This document shows positions 1-63,650 of a stretch of DNA of 64,000 bases, one piece after another. The translations under genes were made by a program, and so were the position numbers. The DNA is from Chrysomallon squamiferum. Taxonomy: Eukaryota; Animalia; Mollusca. Under the pieces are notes generated by a model. It was not told the DNA's origin, did not search any database, and was given only the letters and a program-made list of their open reading frames with translations. Positions within the stretch are counted from its first letter, which is position 1. Every line of letters starts with the position of its first letter. The stretch is from assembly GCA_012295275.1 (NCBI GenBank), contig CM022675.1:5828001-5892000 (forward strand). Reading direction: 5' to 3'.

Positions 1-453
1 TAATATTTATATAAGAACTGTTGCTGCTACTATTGCAACAACAACAACAGCAACAACTACTAAAACACTCCTAATAAAAACAAAAACGCAAAATACTATT
101 CCTTCGTCTTTTATGACTATTACTACTTTTACTACAAGTACAGCTACCGACATAACTACTACTATGATGACTACCACTACTACTACTAGAACTGTGACAT
201 TTATAGTCTTCATCATAATAATCATCATTTTCATTATTATCATTATAACTATTGGTGTTTTTACTATTACTATTAATATCATCAATATAAATATTAACAG
301 TTATTATTGTTAGTTGTTATTATTATTATCATCCTTATTATCGTTATTGCTGTTGTTATTATTATTATTATTATTATTATTAGTATTAGTAGTAGTAGTA
401 TTAGTAGTAGTAGTAGTAGTAGTATTGGGAGTAGCAGCAGTAGTAGTATTTAC

Positions 454-17830
<17,377 letters not shown>

Positions 17831-17875
17831 CTGAATGGTATGCTATGTATGCTATTCTGTTTATCAAAAAAAAAT

Positions 17876-17957
<82 letters not shown>

Positions 17958-18243
17958 GGTAATAACGTCGCTAATTAGTTTCAAATTCATCTTTGATAAG
18001 AATGTATTTGCAATAACGGGCGTAGTCACTTTACACAACTGTTCTACGTGTTTTTCAGTTTTCTTTCTTTCTTTTTTCTTCTTCTACTTCTGTTGTAGTA
18101 ATCTGAAATTTTGCGGCACGGACGATAAAAGAAAAAGTCTTTTTAAAACACACAATACCCTGGTTGACGAAACCGTGCAGTGAACGAGCTAGCAATGGTT
18201 GAGTGGGTTCGTGCTATGATTCTAAATACTGGCTGCACAAACG
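17831..18243 (-). promoter_or_regulatory. Putative 5'UTR/proximal promoter of gene B
   Basis: Colinear with gene A 63046-63456 (GA tract, acgggcgtagtcactttaca, gcaatggttgagtgggttcgtgcta). Confidence 0.5.
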
Positions 18244-18410
18244 TTGTCCGCCCGGGAAGTCGATGAATGTATTTCGTTTAGTACCGGGACGTAGACGTAT
18301 CTAATTGATTTGTAAGTTCTGCGCCGCAGTTACGAGACGCCTTTTTTGTTAACAGCGAGATGAGAAACCTAAAGTAGACGGATCTAGTTGGTTTGCGTGG
18401 TCTGCACGTC

Positions 18411-18808
18411 TTTTTCGTATGAACGTGTTTGTTTCAACGGTGTAGAATGTTATGTGATTACTGTCCTGGGTAGGTTTTTTTCGTATGAACGTGTTTGTTT
18501 CAGCGGTGTAGAATGTTATGTGACTACTGTCCTGGGTAGGTTGTTTTCGTATGAACGTGTTTGTTTCAGCGGTGTAGAATGTTATGTGACTACTGTCCTG
18601 GGTAGGTTTTTTCGTATGAACGTGTTTGTTTCAACGGTGTAGAATGTTATGTGATTACTGTCCTGGGTAGGTTTTTTCGTATGAACGTGTTTGTTTCGAC
18701 GGTGTAGAATGTTATGTGATTACTGTCCTGGGTAGGTTATTTTCGTATGAACGTGTTTGTTTCGACGGTGTAGAATGTTATGTGACTACTGTCCTGGGTA
18801 GGTTTTTT
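18411..18808. repeat. 65-66-bp tandem repeat, 6 copies, subterminal in the MULE
   Basis: ttttcgtatgaacgtgtttgtttc(a/g)acggtgtagaatgttatgtga(c/t)tactgtcctgggtagg, head to tail with no spacers. Confidence 0.95.
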
Positions 18809-19724
18809 ATTTACGCTTCCATTAATTGAGTAGGTACCTGTGCACTTTTGTTTTCAGTTTATTTGCTTGTGTTATGTTGTACCAATTTAGTGTTTTGGGT
18901 AGTAAATTTATCTTTCTCTTATAGGGAGCAGGTGCTTGTGCATTGGTTCTTTTCCCGGTTTAATCTGTATAAAGTTTTATATAAAAATTTCACATTTAAC
19001 ATTATGGTAGCTGCACAAGTTACAGTGATTTGTGTCGACACGTTAAGAGGCGGACGGCATTTGTATTACAATCAGCACAAGGCGAAACTCAAGAACCACG
19101 ACGTTGTTCCTGACGAACGTTTAGTGCCATCAAGATGATTCTGTACCGACAGAGACACAAAACCCTACCCCGACTACCCCACACAAGACGTGAACAGTCT
19201 GTAATGGAAGTAAAACTGCACCAACTGGATGGATGGTTACTGCCGAGCTCCGGCACAAAAACGCAAATACAGCACTACTGATGTCAGAATCCGCTTTCTG
19301 AAAGACGAGCTCATCAACAGCCACATGGAGTACACAGATCACACATGAGAACTTCTACACCTCTGCGAGAAAAAAAATATGTTTTTGAACTACGAACTAC
19401 AAATACAAATATTGTCATAACTAAAATTTATTTCAAAAATAATTCTATCTATGTAATATTCTTTCTATGGGAAAATGTATATAAAAGATTCCTTGCTGTT
19501 ATTATTTTTATTTATTTTTATTATTATTTTTTTTTCTTGGTAAGAGTAGCCCATTCAGTGCGTTTCTCATTATTATCTCCGTGACGCCAATACATTTAAT
19601 TAATTAATTAATTTATTTATTTATTATTTATATATTAATACTGTAATACCCACAAAGTAACCAGCGATATGAATTCGAATTAAACTCGATCGGTAGAGCG
19701 TTCGCGTGAATACTTAGTGGACCC

Positions 19725-19784
<60 letters not shown>

Positions 19785-19785
<1 letters not shown>

Positions 19786-20150
19786 CAGTGGAGGCATTGA
19801 AGATGAATTCCATTTTGTATCAAAATATTTATTTTATAATGATATTAGAGTATCATATTTAAAGAAATATTTGTGTACGAGACCATCTACTTTTAACATA
19901 GTCAATCTTTTGTCTTCAAAAAATATAAAAACTTTAAGGAATCTTGATATATATATTTAATTTGTAACTACATACATATATATATATATATATATATTAT
20001 TCTAATTCTTACGTTTAATTTTTTTCCCCTTGTATTTGTATACTGTAACCTATTACACAACTGTTTCTGTTTTATAACTGTATTTATATCTGTTTTGTTT
20101 CATAGTCATGTTCATTTTGGCAAATAAATAAACTCAGCTGAAATTGAACT
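19785..20150 (+). mobile_element. 5'-truncated LINE 3' end nested in the MULE
   Basis: IEDEFHFV..Y..IR..YLKKY...RPSTF.IVNLLSSKN..TL.NL..YI resembles the ORF2 C-terminus of CR1/L2-group non-LTR elements, followed by an aataaa...tgaaattgaa tail. Confidence 0.6.
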
Positions 20151-21267
20151 GTAGTAGTAGTAGTAGCTGCGGTACAGTAACATCCCGTTGTTACCTTTTG
20201 ACTGCGCACACCGTCAGCCAGGTAAAACGACAATTAATGAGTACCGGGACATCGACAGGCATCAATGGTACATTTCAGCTAAGTAGACACAATTTTAAGA
20301 TCATTTGTACACATCGTCGACTTCGTGGGCCTTAACCGCACTAACGATTCTTTACTCTGAGTGCAGTTTCTATCACCACAGGGCGTGAATACATCTATCA
20401 AGCGTCTATTAATACGTCATAAGAATGCGGAGCGTTTGAAAAGGTGGGGAGGAAATTTGAGAAGCAGAAAGCTAGCGTAACGCGCATGCACTGATTTTTC
20501 ATAATAAAGAAAAGAAAATGAAGATAAAGAGAGTCATAACACTAAATATATATATATATTTCGAGAATAATGATTACTATTATAATAAAAAGACAAGTCA
20601 TTCTAGGTGTGTAGTGACAAAAAAAGTAGAAAAAAAAAGTAATTTATAATTAATAATGGAAACAAAAAACATGATATACAACAGAATAAGCCTATATTAT
20701 ATTTTTATTTTTTTTATTTTATTATTATTATTATTATTTATTTATTTTTTTGGACACAGAGACTCGTTCGTTATTTGATTTTATTGTTTATTAACCCTCA
20801 TTACATAAGATAACATCAACATCTAATTTTAAAAGTATCTTTTCATAATTTTAGTTGGTGATTTGGTTCGTCGGTGTGGCGGTTACTAAACCGATACAAA
20901 AATAAATAAATAAATAAATAAAATAATAATAATAATAACACTAATATACTCTGCACATAGACATTATTCGGGAACGCACTGATAGAGGAGGACAAAGTTC
21001 AATCACGACCTCACAAACCCGTCAGATGCCGCTGACGAGACTCGAACGTATGTCACCCATTCGCCCGCACCATCCAGGCAACCATCCAACAACCTCAAAG
21101 AATAAGTTGCTCAGTAACCGAGGGTCATCATCGCTTCCCACGAAGCACGCCATTCTTTGACTTTCGTCACTTTTGTGGGAAACCTGGCACTGACAAGTAT
21201 GTAGTATAGGATTTTTAAAATTGTCTCTCTTATGTACCTAGACAATATATATATATATATATACATA

Positions 21268-22073
21268 CAGGGTGGCCCAGATGTAACCGAACCCGAAAGC
21301 TCAATCGATGATCACTGATTTCAAGTCTGCTTCACGAAATACCGAAGCGATCGATATCAGGGAGAATTGGTGAAGAGACTTCACGTGCATGGCTGTGTTA
21401 ACCGGTTTCGTCATCACCATTGAAAGTGTTGCAAAGCCTATTTAAGAGAGGACGGAAACCTTCTTCTTTGATAGTCTTCGTTTTATCATTTTTGTCGCCT
21501 TCTTTCATTTAACAGACATGGCCAACACACGACGCACTTTAAAATTGGAAGAACATATTCATGCTGTTAAAAGTTATTATTTGTCGGAGAGGAGATACAA
21601 AAATGTTATTGATCATTGGAATGAATCGTTTGATACACCACCTCCATCAAAATCGTCAATCTACGAATTGGTACAAAAATTCGAACGAACTGGCAACGTC
21701 GCCGACGCGTATAAACCTGGTGCATCAAGAACAATGAGGACAATTGCCAACCAGGAATTAGTAGCATCATCATACGTCAACAGCCCTCGCAAATCCCAGA
21801 GACGTGCTTTTGCAGAGCTGGGCATATCACGATCGTCTTTACAACGCATCACGTCAGATACTGGCTTGCACCCATATCGTCCGCGGGAACTCCTGGCTCT
21901 TAACGGAAATGTGCAAAAAAGTAACTGAATCAACCATTGAACGATGTCATCACTGTATTACAAATAACGGTTTGCATTTTGAACATTTGCTGTAACTATA
22001 TGAAATAAAATTTGTTTCATTTAACTGTAACTTTTTATAACAATTCAGGTTCGGTTACATCTGGGCCACCCTG
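21268..22073 (+). mobile_element. Internally deleted Tc1/mariner-superfamily DNA transposon (806 bp)
   Basis: Perfect 26-bp TIRs cagggtggcccagatgtaaccgaacc (21268-21293 and 22048-22073), with TA on both sides. Confidence 0.95.
21518..21995 (+). pseudogene. Truncated transposase: N-terminal HTH region (DUF4817-like) joined out of frame to the C-terminal tail; catalytic domain deleted
   Basis: ORF 21518-21928 ...FDTPPPSKSSIYELVQKFERTGNV...SPRKSQRRAFAELGISRSSLQRI...LHPYR; second frame RCHHCITNNGLHFEHLL*. Confidence 0.85.
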
Positions 22074-22242
22074 TATATATATATGACTGTGTATTTACGT
22101 TTGTATATATGTATGTATGGATGTATGTATGTTTGAATGCATGAATGGATGGATGGATGTATAAAAGGCTGGATGAATATATGTATGTATGTATGTATGC
22201 TGGCATGCTTGAATGTATGGATAGATGTATATATGTATATAC

Positions 22243-22605
22243 GTTGGCCAAATTGGACTCTACGATCACAGAATTCATTAAAACTAGTAACACGAAGAAA
22301 AAGAAAAACACGCTCAGAGATGTGACAATTGTGCTGCGCCGACTTTGTGGAACTCTCCGCCAACTTCTTTCAAATCCACTTTGTTAATACAGAGTTATGT
22401 TTTATTTTTACAATTTTAAAATGTTCAACCCAGTCTTTTAATTACCTTAAACAATTTTTAAATGTAACTCGTTTGATTTTGCCACCATTTTAACATGTCC
22501 ACCATTGCGTTTATGTCTATGTCTTTTTATATTTTAGTTTATTTGTTTACACTGTAAAGCACCCTAGAACTTACTTAGAATCAAAAAGGTGCTATATAAG
22601 TATGG

Positions 22606-22650
<45 letters not shown>
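22243..22650 (+). mobile_element. L2/CR1-like LINE 3' fragment
   Basis: Relic AAPTLWNS.P..FKS (~22335-22378) and a terminal tgtaaagcacc...aaaggtgctatataa followed by (taa)n. Confidence 0.55.
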
Positions 22651-22654
<4 letters not shown>

Positions 22655-22772
22655 TTAATGGACGGATGTATGGATGAATGGATGATGTATGTATGTACAT
22701 GTGTTTGTCTGTATGGAGATATATATTTATGTGTGCGTATGTATATTCACAGACATACATATATATGTCCAT

Positions 22773-22803
<31 letters not shown>

Positions 22804-24277
22804 ATTTTCTCCTGTGTTTCTTAACCTGGTCATATTTATAATTCGCTAGAAGATATTAGAAATTAGTACATGTTTATATAATTGATCAGGTGATATTATA
22901 TCTAATTAGTGATAAGTAAGGTACTAAAATTTGTTACCTTTCATCAAGTATTTTCATAATAACACTTACATGTAAAACGTGATGAGGTAAATTTATTTAC
23001 CAGTAATCAGTGTTTTTTCTTGACTGTCTATTGAAGTGTCACACGACAGTGAAACAAAACATAATTGATTAGTTACTTAAAATCATATCCTCATCTATTC
23101 TAATCAGGCTGACAAGACACATAAAATATGTTAGTACATATACCAAAAAAATAAAATTTTAAAAATAATTACATTGTATAAAACATTGATTGCAGAACTA
23201 AAGAGGTCATTTACTGTAATAGTAGAAGATATAAAATAACTAACTAACTAACTAAATAAATAAATAAATAAACAAACAAACAAACAAACAAACAAACAAA
23301 CAAACAAACAAATCAATGGTAATAAAAAGTTAACAAAGCCTTAAATAAAAAAGCTCTCGTGCAGTTGAATCATAGTAAATACAATGCGTGCTGTTAAAAT
23401 TTTTTGTCATTCATTATTAAAATTACTTGTTCATTCCAAGATACAATTTGATAATATTCGTAAGAAAAATTTATGTGTTCGTTTAAAACATATCTAACAT
23501 CATCGTATATTGAAGAAAATAATAAAAGAGAAATTCATTTTAAATCGGGTTCTTAGAAGAAGGACTAAAACGTTATTTTGAAAACATACATCTGTTATGT
23601 ATTCCTATTTCAATGTTTAAGGTCAGGTTAAAAAATGTTTTATATTGTCTGGGATTAATTATTTTAGTATATAATTCGGAGAACATTTCATTTTCTTTTA
23701 TTTAAATAGTCTACAAATCTTAAACTATTACAGTTTAACTCGTTTCTATCGTTTGTAGCAAGCTATGATTCGTAAAAAAAAGAAATAATAAAATAAAAAA
23801 GGTTTCTTTTTTGATCACATAACAATTGATACGAAGATGATGTTTGTGTGCGTACGTGCGTGTGTGGATTTCATTTAAAGTGATGTCCCAGGTAAATAAT
23901 TATTTATTATTTATCAGGAACATATTCAAACTTGACTGAAAGCTACATACACACAATAAATGATCTATTTGACAAAACGAAGGAAAACGCAAAACAGAAA
24001 TGGAAAATGAAAAGCAATAACGTGCTTACAATTGTTGTTTATATATAAGTCATTTATATTAAATATATTAAATTTATATTAAATATATACATTTATTTAT
24101 TTAATTATTTAATATCATGAAGACACGGCAATGAGAAAGTCACAGATATCGGTAACACAACGTGGATTACAACTGGAAGTTCTCAAGTCTTTTACAGTGA
24201 AAAGGAAAGGAAAAGTTAAATAGTGAAAGTCGTCATTCATAATTAGAAATACTTTTTCAGCACAAGGAACAAACACG

Positions 24278-25000
24278 TGATTAAATTTACTGTGAAAATA
24301 TGTATTAAATTCTTCTTTACACAAATTATTTAAATTTACTGTGAAAATTTGTATTAAATTCTTCTTTACACAAATTATATAAATTTACTGTGAAAATATG
24401 TATTATATTCTTCTTTACACAAATTCTAAAATTTATGTATTTAATTCTTCTTTACACAAATTATATAAACTAAAAATTGTATTAAATTCTTCTTTACGTG
24501 AATAATATGTATTAAATTCTTCTTTACGTAAATTCCTCAAAGCTGCTGTGAAAAAATTAATTAAATCTTCCTTACACAAATTGTTTAGTTACTGTGTAAA
24601 AATGTATCAAATATTCTTTTCATAAACTGTTTAAAGTTAGTGTGCAAAAATGTATAAATATTCTTTAAACAGATTATTAAACTCACTATAAAAAATATAT
24701 TATTCTCTATAAAAACTGTATTAATTATCCATGAATTTCTCCTTTTTTTTTTAAATACAGTAAAATATTCTTTACACTTAAAAAGAGTTCTTTAAAAAAT
24801 ATGTATTAAATATTCTTTACAAAAGTTATTTTCTATGAAAAAAATATTCTTTACACATTGTTTTAATTTACTATGAAAAGAAATGTATCAAATATTCTTT
24901 ACACAAACAGTTTTATTTATTATGCAAAAAAAAAAAAAAAATGCATCAGATATTGTTTACACAGTTTAAACTACTAAGAATGTATAAAATATTATTTATA
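24278..25000. repeat. Degenerate AT-rich ~45-50-bp tandem repeat
   Basis: aaatttactgtgaaaatatgtattaaattcttctttacacaaatt repeated with progressive decay. Confidence 0.8.
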
Positions 25001-25702
25001 CACATCATTTTAATTTCTTAGAACTTACCCCAGAGTTTCATGGCAGGACGAGTTATTTAGAAATATATCTGTACTCCAAGTAATTATTATAATTTTATAT
25101 TTTTTATATATCTGAGTTAGTTTTAATAACTTCAAAAACACTGTACCCACTGCTAATTCCTTCACAATACGTTTGAAAATTAAACTAAAATGTCCCGGTC
25201 TAAGGTTATAAATTATCCGTGCATACGATTAATTTGGTTTCGTCATAACTTTCAACCAATCATCTGCAACGAAGTTTTTTGTGTCTACAATCATGATGCA
25301 GCCTGACCGGATACATTTATTTCTGCAAAATATCGCATCTCATAGTGGAGATGAAATCAGAATTTAGCCAGGCTAGATATAATATACCCTTTCAGTCCTG
25401 TTTCACACCTTTAATGATCCTAGGTTCGGTCCAGAGTCAGTATTTTGTATAAATATATTCTATTATTTTCATTTCTACGTTGTTTTTTCTCGAACTAGAA
25501 AGCAACTCACCGTGAAGTAAAAGTAACAATGTTTTCGCACAGTATCTTAAAGGACTAAAAAGGGGAAAGTTTGTCCGGGAAATGGTAATGTTCTCCAATT
25601 TTTCTATCAACTCGCATCTTTCACAGTTTCAAACACAAAAGCTTTAAAATGCAAATTTCAAAAATTTGACATATAGATACTGCTTATTATTATTATTATT
25701 AT

Positions 25703-25752
<50 letters not shown>

Positions 25753-26644
25753 AAATCTGAGGTTGAAATCTGATACAGCGACTCAACAAAAACATGGCTG
25801 TTAAACCTTGATGCTGCAAAGTTGCCTTTTCACTCAATGTTGCAAAGTACAATAAAGTGCCTAATTATATTCCACTTTTCATAATTCAAACAGCGTTTTG
25901 TTCAGTATGAAAATACCCCATGTAACAAGATATACTTCAAAACACAAACAAGACAAGCCATTTTAACTGGGTGTCAAATGACTGAGTTCACTTGCAAGGA
26001 AAAGATACGATTCATATCAGCAGCCTATTTTAAAAGAGCAGTATGCTTATAAAGCTAAGCCTATTTCAGTTTGTATTTCTCAAGGGATTTATCTTGAAAA
26101 TTATCCAATTTCCACATGCCACACTTTCATACGTACCAATTTATCAGGTCCTTACCAAAAGGCTCTTTTTATTTCTTTTGTGTTTTGTTTTATTTTTATG
26201 GATGATAAGCTATTATGAAAACATGGGCAATTATTCGCCAGAATAGAATGAAATTTAGGCTGAAAACAAGACAGTGTTAAAGTCAGACTCAAACTGGTTA
26301 AAATCCGCAACCCTTAAAATCACTAAGCAACTTTCTCAAACAGAAAACTATTAGTGACCCTTTTATCATATCATTCTAATATTTCAAGATGTCTCCTGAT
26401 ACAAGTTTGTCGCTCGTAGTTTCCTCCACAACCCTTCAAACCATCTGCATAGTGAGAGTGTAGATCTATGATGAATTTCATTTCTGATTAGCAAGATACG
26501 CTCACTTAACGATCACCGCAATGTGGTCGTTTGAGCCTAATGTGTATCTGTGTATACATCTAAATATGTATGTATACTTGCATGCGTGTATGTCTTTCTA
26601 TGTATGTAAATGTGTATGTATGAATGTATGTGTCTGTGTATATA

Positions 26645-26677
<33 letters not shown>

Positions 26678-26723
26678 GTTATATATATATATATCATGAT
26701 CAGTGCATCTGTGTGTGTGTGTA

Positions 26724-26758
<35 letters not shown>

Positions 26759-27031
26759 TTTTATAATTTTTCTCATTAAACTTCTGCTTCAGCATGAAGA
26801 TGTTGTTTATATTACGTTGTACTGTGCTGAGTTCGGACAGGTTACAGCTGATATGTTTCACAGTTGTTGTTCAGGATTGTCGAAATATCCCAGTGTATAT
26901 TTATCTCATTGTTTTATGCTCTCTCTCTCTCCTTTTCTTTTCCCTCTCTTTAGATGCTCATCCTTTCTCCCTCTCCATGTATATATGCTCTCCCTCTCCC
27001 CTCTCTCTCTCTCTCCTCTCCCTCCCTCCCT

Positions 27032-27138
<107 letters not shown>

Positions 27139-27388
27139 CCTCCCTCCCTCCCTACTGAATCATTTGTAATATAAGCCTGTACTTTATAATTGGTCACGGG
27201 TCCTGACACCCTCTCGTGAACCTTCTGACTTATTTCTCATTCCACTTCATCCACGAGAATTTGTTGTAATCAAGATCGTGGTATTTACTCTTCAAACTAT
27301 CTGCTGAAAGGAGCACGTAAACTGTTATAAGCCTTCTCTGTTTTAGTGTGCTTGTCACTTTCTTTCTCTTGTTTAATGACATATAAGT

Positions 27389-27433
<45 letters not shown>

Positions 27434-27790
27434 AGACAACCCTCCATTCAACAGACATATATATATATATGTACAGTGGACCTACCATTTAACACACCGC
27501 TTTTTCCACTATTTAAGAAAAATGTTGACAAAATACAAATATTCTCGAAGGTCCAAACAATGTTTACACTGACCACGTGTCCATTCTTGATGTAGAACCT
27601 CTGTGTTTTATCTTAGGATAATTATAAATGTAAAATAATACTGTAAAAGTAATTTGGATAATTATTAATTTTATTTAAATAGCTTTTTGTCACTTCTGAT
27701 GAAATGCGTTTTTAATGTTTGCAGTGTTTGTTTTTCTTTTGTTGTTGTCATTTTTTCAGATTTTATTTATTTATTTATTTATCTTTATTA

Positions 27791-27848
<58 letters not shown>

Positions 27849-28999
27849 CATCACTGATTTTAATTCATTCTATTTTAAAATGTTGTTATATTTTTGTTTT
27901 TATCTTGTACAGATGTTTAGATACATATACATATTTTATTATATTAAAAGTTATTCAATATTCAATAACTGAAAAAAGTACATATTGTTTTATATTTTTA
28001 TACATTTATCATTCATAAATAAAATAAATATTCACTAGGAGTTGTTTTCATTGAAATAATTACATTTACTGATTTTACTGATTTGCAACAAGAAAGCCAT
28101 TCATTGTCTCTGTTTCCTGAGCGACTATTTATTTATTTATTTATTTATTTACATTCCATAATTATTATGTATAAAGTTAGATTTTCTTTCTCTTTTTTGT
28201 ATTTATCTATTAATCTATCTTTTTATTTTATTTTTATTATTTATTAATTATTATTATTATTATTATTATTTTATTTTATTTATTATTTATTTTTTGTTTT
28301 TTTGTTGTTATTTGGTTGGTATTCAAATTGTTTATTTTTAATTAGTCTGAAACATTTGACAACCTCTGTCACAGCTGCAACTGAGAAAACAGGAAACATT
28401 TCATTTAAAGATGTCAAACATTATTTATCAATCAATAATTATATTGTGCCATACATATTCATTTTCAATTTTATTCTATTTATTTATTTATTTATTTATT
28501 TATTTTTTTTTTATTTTTTATTTTTTTTTTTTTTTTTTTTTTTGTTTTACTTTTTCGTTCATATTTATTATTAATTTCCAGTCACACAAACAGGAAAAAG
28601 ACATTGCAAGACCCACAGTTTATTGAAAACCAGAATACAACTACCAGTACAACAGGAAACAAACAAACAAAATAAAATACAACAGATTGTCACAAAGTCC
28701 ATAAATGTTAAGGAAAAAAAAAAGAATACAAAATATAAATACAAAAAGATTTGATATAAAACAATCATTATAAAATATACATCACCAAACTCTCCCAAAT
28801 CCCAGTATAATATAATAAAAAAGATGTCATGTATAAAATGAAAGCAAAGCAAACTCCAAAGATTTGCATAGATTGTGTGCAATTTCCTAAATATCCAGAT
28901 TAGTATAAAATAAGCAACCAAAACTGGCCCAAGAATCTAAACAACAAGAACACCAATCAAATAACAAATAAAAAATAAAATAAATAATAAATAAAATAA

Positions 29000-29034
<35 letters not shown>

Positions 29035-31122
29035 TAATAATAAATTACTACTAAACAAAATAGCACCAAATATTTACAAGTTTTAATATAATTTACAGAC
29101 AAATAAGAAGTACAAAATCAAATTAAAATTTAGAAATGCCATGCCAAGGTGATTATTATATGACAGTGAAAAAAACATCCAGATTTAGAGTTAAAAAAAG
29201 AAGAGGCAGAAAAACAATAAAAAAGAGAGAGAATCTCAAACAGGACATAGAGGTATTTGCTATAAGCATCACTGCTTGATAAAGATAAAACAGAACACAA
29301 CAACCCAATTTTATTATAACAATACTGAAAACATAAAGATTTCAGATTCATTATGATTGCTCAAACATATTTTACACTTTATAGAAATATTTACCTAATA
29401 TTTTCTTTTTCTTTTTCCTTCAGAATTTGTAACATTATGTGTAAATCAAAATAATCAGCATTTAAATACTTATGCAATTCCACTGAAATTATTTATTTAT
29501 AAAAATGTAACAAAACAATATTATGTAAAATTATTATCATGGGTATATATTATAGAAATATATATATTTATGTGTTACAGAAAATGGGTATAATTCTTGA
29601 AAATTAAAAAAAATGTGTGTAATGTGTTTTGCTCTGGAAACTGGCAATGACAGACAATTTCATTAACAAATCACAAATTTATCTTCTATACATATGTAAC
29701 AAATTAGAAATGCATGGTAAGTATACTCTAATACATGAATGAAAGAACTTATTTATAAAAACAAAATTTTCAAATAGGTTATAGAGTGAAAAAAAACTAA
29801 CAACATTATGTAAATATATAATAATGAAAATATTTATATTAAAAACATTTACTTATTGTCAATATCAAATGGAAATAATTATTTAAAAACAAGAATAATA
29901 TATATATCAGACAATAAAACAAAAACAAAAAACAAAATGAAACCTAAAAGAAAAAAAAACACAAAACAAAGCACAATGAAAAAATTTTTTAAACACTATT
30001 TAAAATTGAAAATCCAAAAACAAATTTAAAAAAATATAAAAAAAATAAATATGAATACTTAAGAAAAGCAAAAAAAATGAAATAAAATAATAAAATAAAT
30101 TAAAAGAGCAGCAACAAAATATGATAAAAGTGAAAGTGAAAAAATAAATGTTTATGCAAAACAAATTTATCACCATATATATATATATATAAAAACAGGT
30201 TTTGGCAGATTCTTAAGCTATTTTATTATCATTCAACCTTAAATGTTTATCACAAAATACCATTCATCTGCATCATTTTGGGTGAATGATTCACCCATTT
30301 ATAAAACACTGTGTCACCAAACAGTTGTAGTAAACAATAAATTTAAATATACGAGTTCTTGGCAGTGCATACAAGTAGCATATATACATTTCAAAGCAAT
30401 ATGTACATACCAGTTATGACTTTATACATTTAAGTCAAGAATTTACAACCATGTGATTAAACCCTATTATAATAAAAATTATATTAGGTAACACCAGCCA
30501 ATCTTTTTTTAATTTGCTTCAAAATGAAGAAATGAATATTTCAAAACAGATTTGGTTATTTATAAGCTGTAACACTGGGTTTTAGTTTCTAAAATCAATT
30601 TTAAAAAATCATAATAATATTAGTAACAAAAAAATCAATTTGTATCGAAAGTAACTTGAATATTTGAAATCTGTTTTACACATATTTGAGGAATTTTAAA
30701 AGTTCACATTACTTGTTGTCTTTACTAGATACTGAGACAATTCTCAAATGAACAGATATACTCTGTATTTTATTTCTAGTAATACCAGGATTCATATTAA
30801 TTATTCTACTCCATGTTGACATATACAAAACACTTTTATTACTCATAAAAACTCACTAAATTAAAACACTTTTTACACCTTTGTTTTATCACATTTAGAA
30901 AGTGCTAAAGTTAAGAAAATTTGTAACAGAAAAAGAATTTGTTAAGAACTCACTTTTTAAATGTAGTTTTGTTATATAAAACTAGTCAGATACTGTAATA
31001 TAGTTTAAAAATGTAAATTTTCAGACAGGAAAATAAAAAAAATAATAATAAAAAAAAATTCTTGTCAGTATAAAATTAATTCAGAAAAAAATGTTAAACT
31101 TTTAATGTATTCTTCTGAACAA

Positions 31123-63045
<31,923 letters not shown>

Positions 63046-63079
63046 CCGAATGGTATGTTAAGTGCGCAATAGAAAAATT

Positions 63080-63174
<95 letters not shown>

Positions 63175-63650
63175 ACAGTAACCTCACTAATTCATCTTTG
63201 AAAAGAACGTTTTAACAGTAACGGGCGTAGTCACTTTACATAACTGTTCTACGTGTTGCTTTTCAATTTCCTTTCTTTCGTTCTTTCTTTTTTTTTCTTC
63301 TTCTTCATCTGTCTACTAATTTTAAATTATGCGGCACACGGATTATAAATGAAACACTCTTTTTAAAGCACAATGCACGGGTCAACAAACCTGTGCAGTG
63401 AAGAAGCAATGGTTGAGTGGGTTCGTGCTAGGATTGTAATTGCTGGCTGCACAAACGACTGTTTACTTTGTGTGCAGGTTCTGTCATCTATCAAGCGTCT
63501 ATTAATACGTCGTAAGAATGCGGAGCGTTTGAAAAGGTGGGGAGGAAATTTGAGAAGCAGAGACCTAGCGTAACGCGCGTGCACCAGTTTTTCATTTTGA
63601 AGACATAATAAAGAAAAGAAAACGAAGATGAAAAGAACCATAATATTAAA
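63046..63650 (-). promoter_or_regulatory. Putative 5'UTR/promoter of gene A, conserved in gene B
   Basis: (GA)n tract 63083-63170 plus CpG-rich blocks homologous to 17831-18243 and 20338-20550. TSS not determined. Confidence 0.55.

Larger units (their letters stand above)
18244..20337 (+). mobile_element. Degenerate Mutator-like (FLYWCH-MULE) element inserted in the gene B upstream region
   Basis: Absent from the homologous gene A upstream (~63448-63460). Flanked by 9-bp direct repeats gcacaaacg (18235-18243) and gcactaacg (20338-20346). Imperfect TIRs: gcccgggaagtcgatgaatgta vs reverse complement gcccacgaagtcgacgatgtgta. Relic peptides DTLRGGRHLYYNQH (~19040, FLYWCH-like start) and PAQKRKYSTTDVRIRFLKDELINSHMEY (~19250-19335, MULE C-terminus-like). 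Confidence 0.7.

Noticed and set aside
18411-18808. Regular 65-bp array resembling CRISPR
   Set aside because: Units are head to tail with no unique spacers, there are no cas genes, and the context is eukaryotic.
20960-21110. Possible tRNA or tRNA-derived SINE on the minus strand (B-box-like GTTCGAGTC)
   Set aside because: No cloverleaf, clear A-box, tail or TSD could be established.
25000-26520. Higher-complexity intergenic DNA and poly-T at 25705-25751 as a possible small gene or retrocopy
   Set aside because: No convincing ORF, exon chain or TSD.
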